Position numbers and translations under genes: made by a program | Shown: positions 62,430-64,000 of the stretch, in pieces | Layout of the letters: every line of letters starts with the position of its first letter | How positions within the stretch are numbered: position 1 is the first letter of the stretch | Origin: Isurus oxyrinchus | Taxonomy: Eukaryota | NCBI GenBank assembly: GCA_026770705.1 | Contig: JANJGN010000009.1 | Coordinates: 163,246,001 to 163,310,000, forward strand | Direction: 5' to 3' | DNA length: 64,000 nt | Notes under the pieces: generated by a model | What the model was told of the DNA's origin: nothing | Databases searched by the model: none | The model's input: the letters and a program-made list of their open reading frames with translations, nothing else

Positions 62430-64000
62430 TGTGGTGAAAGTATAATTTTCATAATATTTTTTGGGTTTATTGTGAAGGAGGTTTATGGGGTAAGTATAGT
62501 TGGGTCTGTCTGTGTGATTTTAATTACATTTGGAGTCAAGTAGACTGCAAGTTTAAAATCAACAAAAGAAGCTAGGTGCTTGACATACTAATGAGTAAAC
62601 ATGGATGCTGGCTTAGCATGTAAGATGTGAAGGGAATTTGCATTTTTAGATAAATGAAGGGATTCGGATTTCAAAGGGATCTTAGTCTGTTTACAACTAG
62701 CCAGATAAGCAAGGCTAAGGAGTGTGTTTTTTTCCCCCCAAAGGTTACTGACAATATCGGCAACATGAAAGTTTTTTTTATATTATGAGGCAGGTACAGC
62801 TTCAAAGACATATGGAACAATAGAATTTACACATTAAAAAGAAAGAAACATATATAAAGGAGAATAAAAGACTATGTGGAAGAAGGCCATGTAAGGTCTA
62901 AAAAGAGTGTATGAAATAGCTTTAATGAAGCCTCCAGGCATTTATGCATAAGTCTGCTATATAACAAAACTGAAGTTGGGGAAAAGCCATTTGGAATTCC
63001 ACTGTCAAGGGGTATTGTTTTAACTTTCTGGTTCTGTTTTGGAACATTGCCTTAAAGGTAGTGTGTAATTGGGATTCAGGTTAATTAGGAATTTTAGGAG
63101 TTGTAATAATAGTGAGTAATTGTAGTCTTATGTGCTTAAAATCTTTAATTTTGTTAATAAATATTTTAATTTAATTTTTAAAAAATCTCTAAAGATGCTG
63201 GTGGACTGTTTATTTCTGAATTCAGTGCACATATCTTCTCGTAATAAAAACAAATTGCAAAAGTATTGTGATGGCGCGATCAAGTTTCCCTTGTGAATTT
63301 GGTCCACCTGGCACAAATCATCTGCCACATCTTAAGAAATTGGCGGTTCTTTGCTGGATATTTGAAATTCCTTGATGGGTTTGGAGTTGGTGAATCTTAA
63401 GGCTATGAGTACAAGAAGCACATTGAATTCAAGAATTGGTGTGTGGGATTTTAAAAGTGGTGAGAGTGCAAAAATGGCTGTATCCATGACTAAGATCTTT
63501 TTGGAAGTAGAAGATATAACTCTGATTGAGGTATATAAAGTATCTAAGGGTAAATTAACAGAATTGGTGGACAAGTTGCAGTTGAGGCTGCCTGTGGGAG
63601 TAAAGGAAGCCAAAATTGTTAAAGTAATAGCACAGTATTTGAAGTTGGAATTGATGCCAGGTGAGTCACGGCTGGTGATAGTGAGACTTCAGTTACAAAT
63701 AAAGAAGCTTTAATTTGAACAAGCAATGGAAATGAGAAAAACTTGAACTAGAGGCAATAGAAAAAGAAAAAGAGAAAGAGAGAGTATTTCAATGAGAAAT
63801 GAAAATGTAAAAACTTGATCTCCAGGGGTAGAAGTTACTAATGGAGGAGAGAGAGAAGGAAAGAGAAAGGGAATGCAGGCTTAAAAAGCTGGACTTTAAA
63901 AAAAGATCTCAGATACTGAGGAAGGTTCTGATAATCGAAAAACCTCCTACCTAAAAACCAGTGGTGCGATATTTAAATCTGTGCAAGCTCTTCCGAAGTT
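62430..64000 (+). mobile_element. Gypsy-type LTR retrotransposon 5' part: LTR (about 62430-63337), degenerate PBS (about 63341-63358), disrupted gag from 63474
   Basis: TG start; ttggcggttctttgctggat resembles a tRNA-Pro PBS; MAVSMTKIFLEVED...KLTELVDKLQL followed by E/K-rich coiled coil with stops. Confidence 0.7.

Overview
Vertebrate genomic DNA, very probably from a shark (Deu-domain/SacSINE1-like SINEs, HER1/CR1 LINEs, shark-type Harbinger MITEs). One host gene can be rebuilt by hand on the + strand from 9 phase-compatible GT-AG exons (4732-42943; 1698 nt, 565 aa). It encodes a CD300/pIgR/MDIR-like immune-type receptor: leader, V-C2-V-C2, stalk, uncharged TM and a cytoplasmic tail with a YxN motif and one canonical ITIM. 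The V-C2 unit is an internal duplication, and two more tyrosine-motif remnants lie past the stop codon. Most of the rest is transposons. The most notable are Neptune-type Penelope-like elements (PLEs; RT + GIY-YIG), which contribute 12 minimal hammerhead-ribozyme motifs. Some of these sit in ORF-less 165-250 bp insertions with 13-15 bp TSDs, two of which are palindromes carrying two hammerheads, and the youngest subfamily has a non-canonical CUGUCGA core. Also present: PIF/Harbinger transposase and Myb/SANT remnants plus MITEs, many CR1/L2-clade LINE fragments, a solo LTR, the 5' end of a Gypsy element, and an N-gap region with GT-rich satellite. Most ORFs in the supplied track are repeat-derived or spurious. 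All calls are by-eye reading and no database searches were run.
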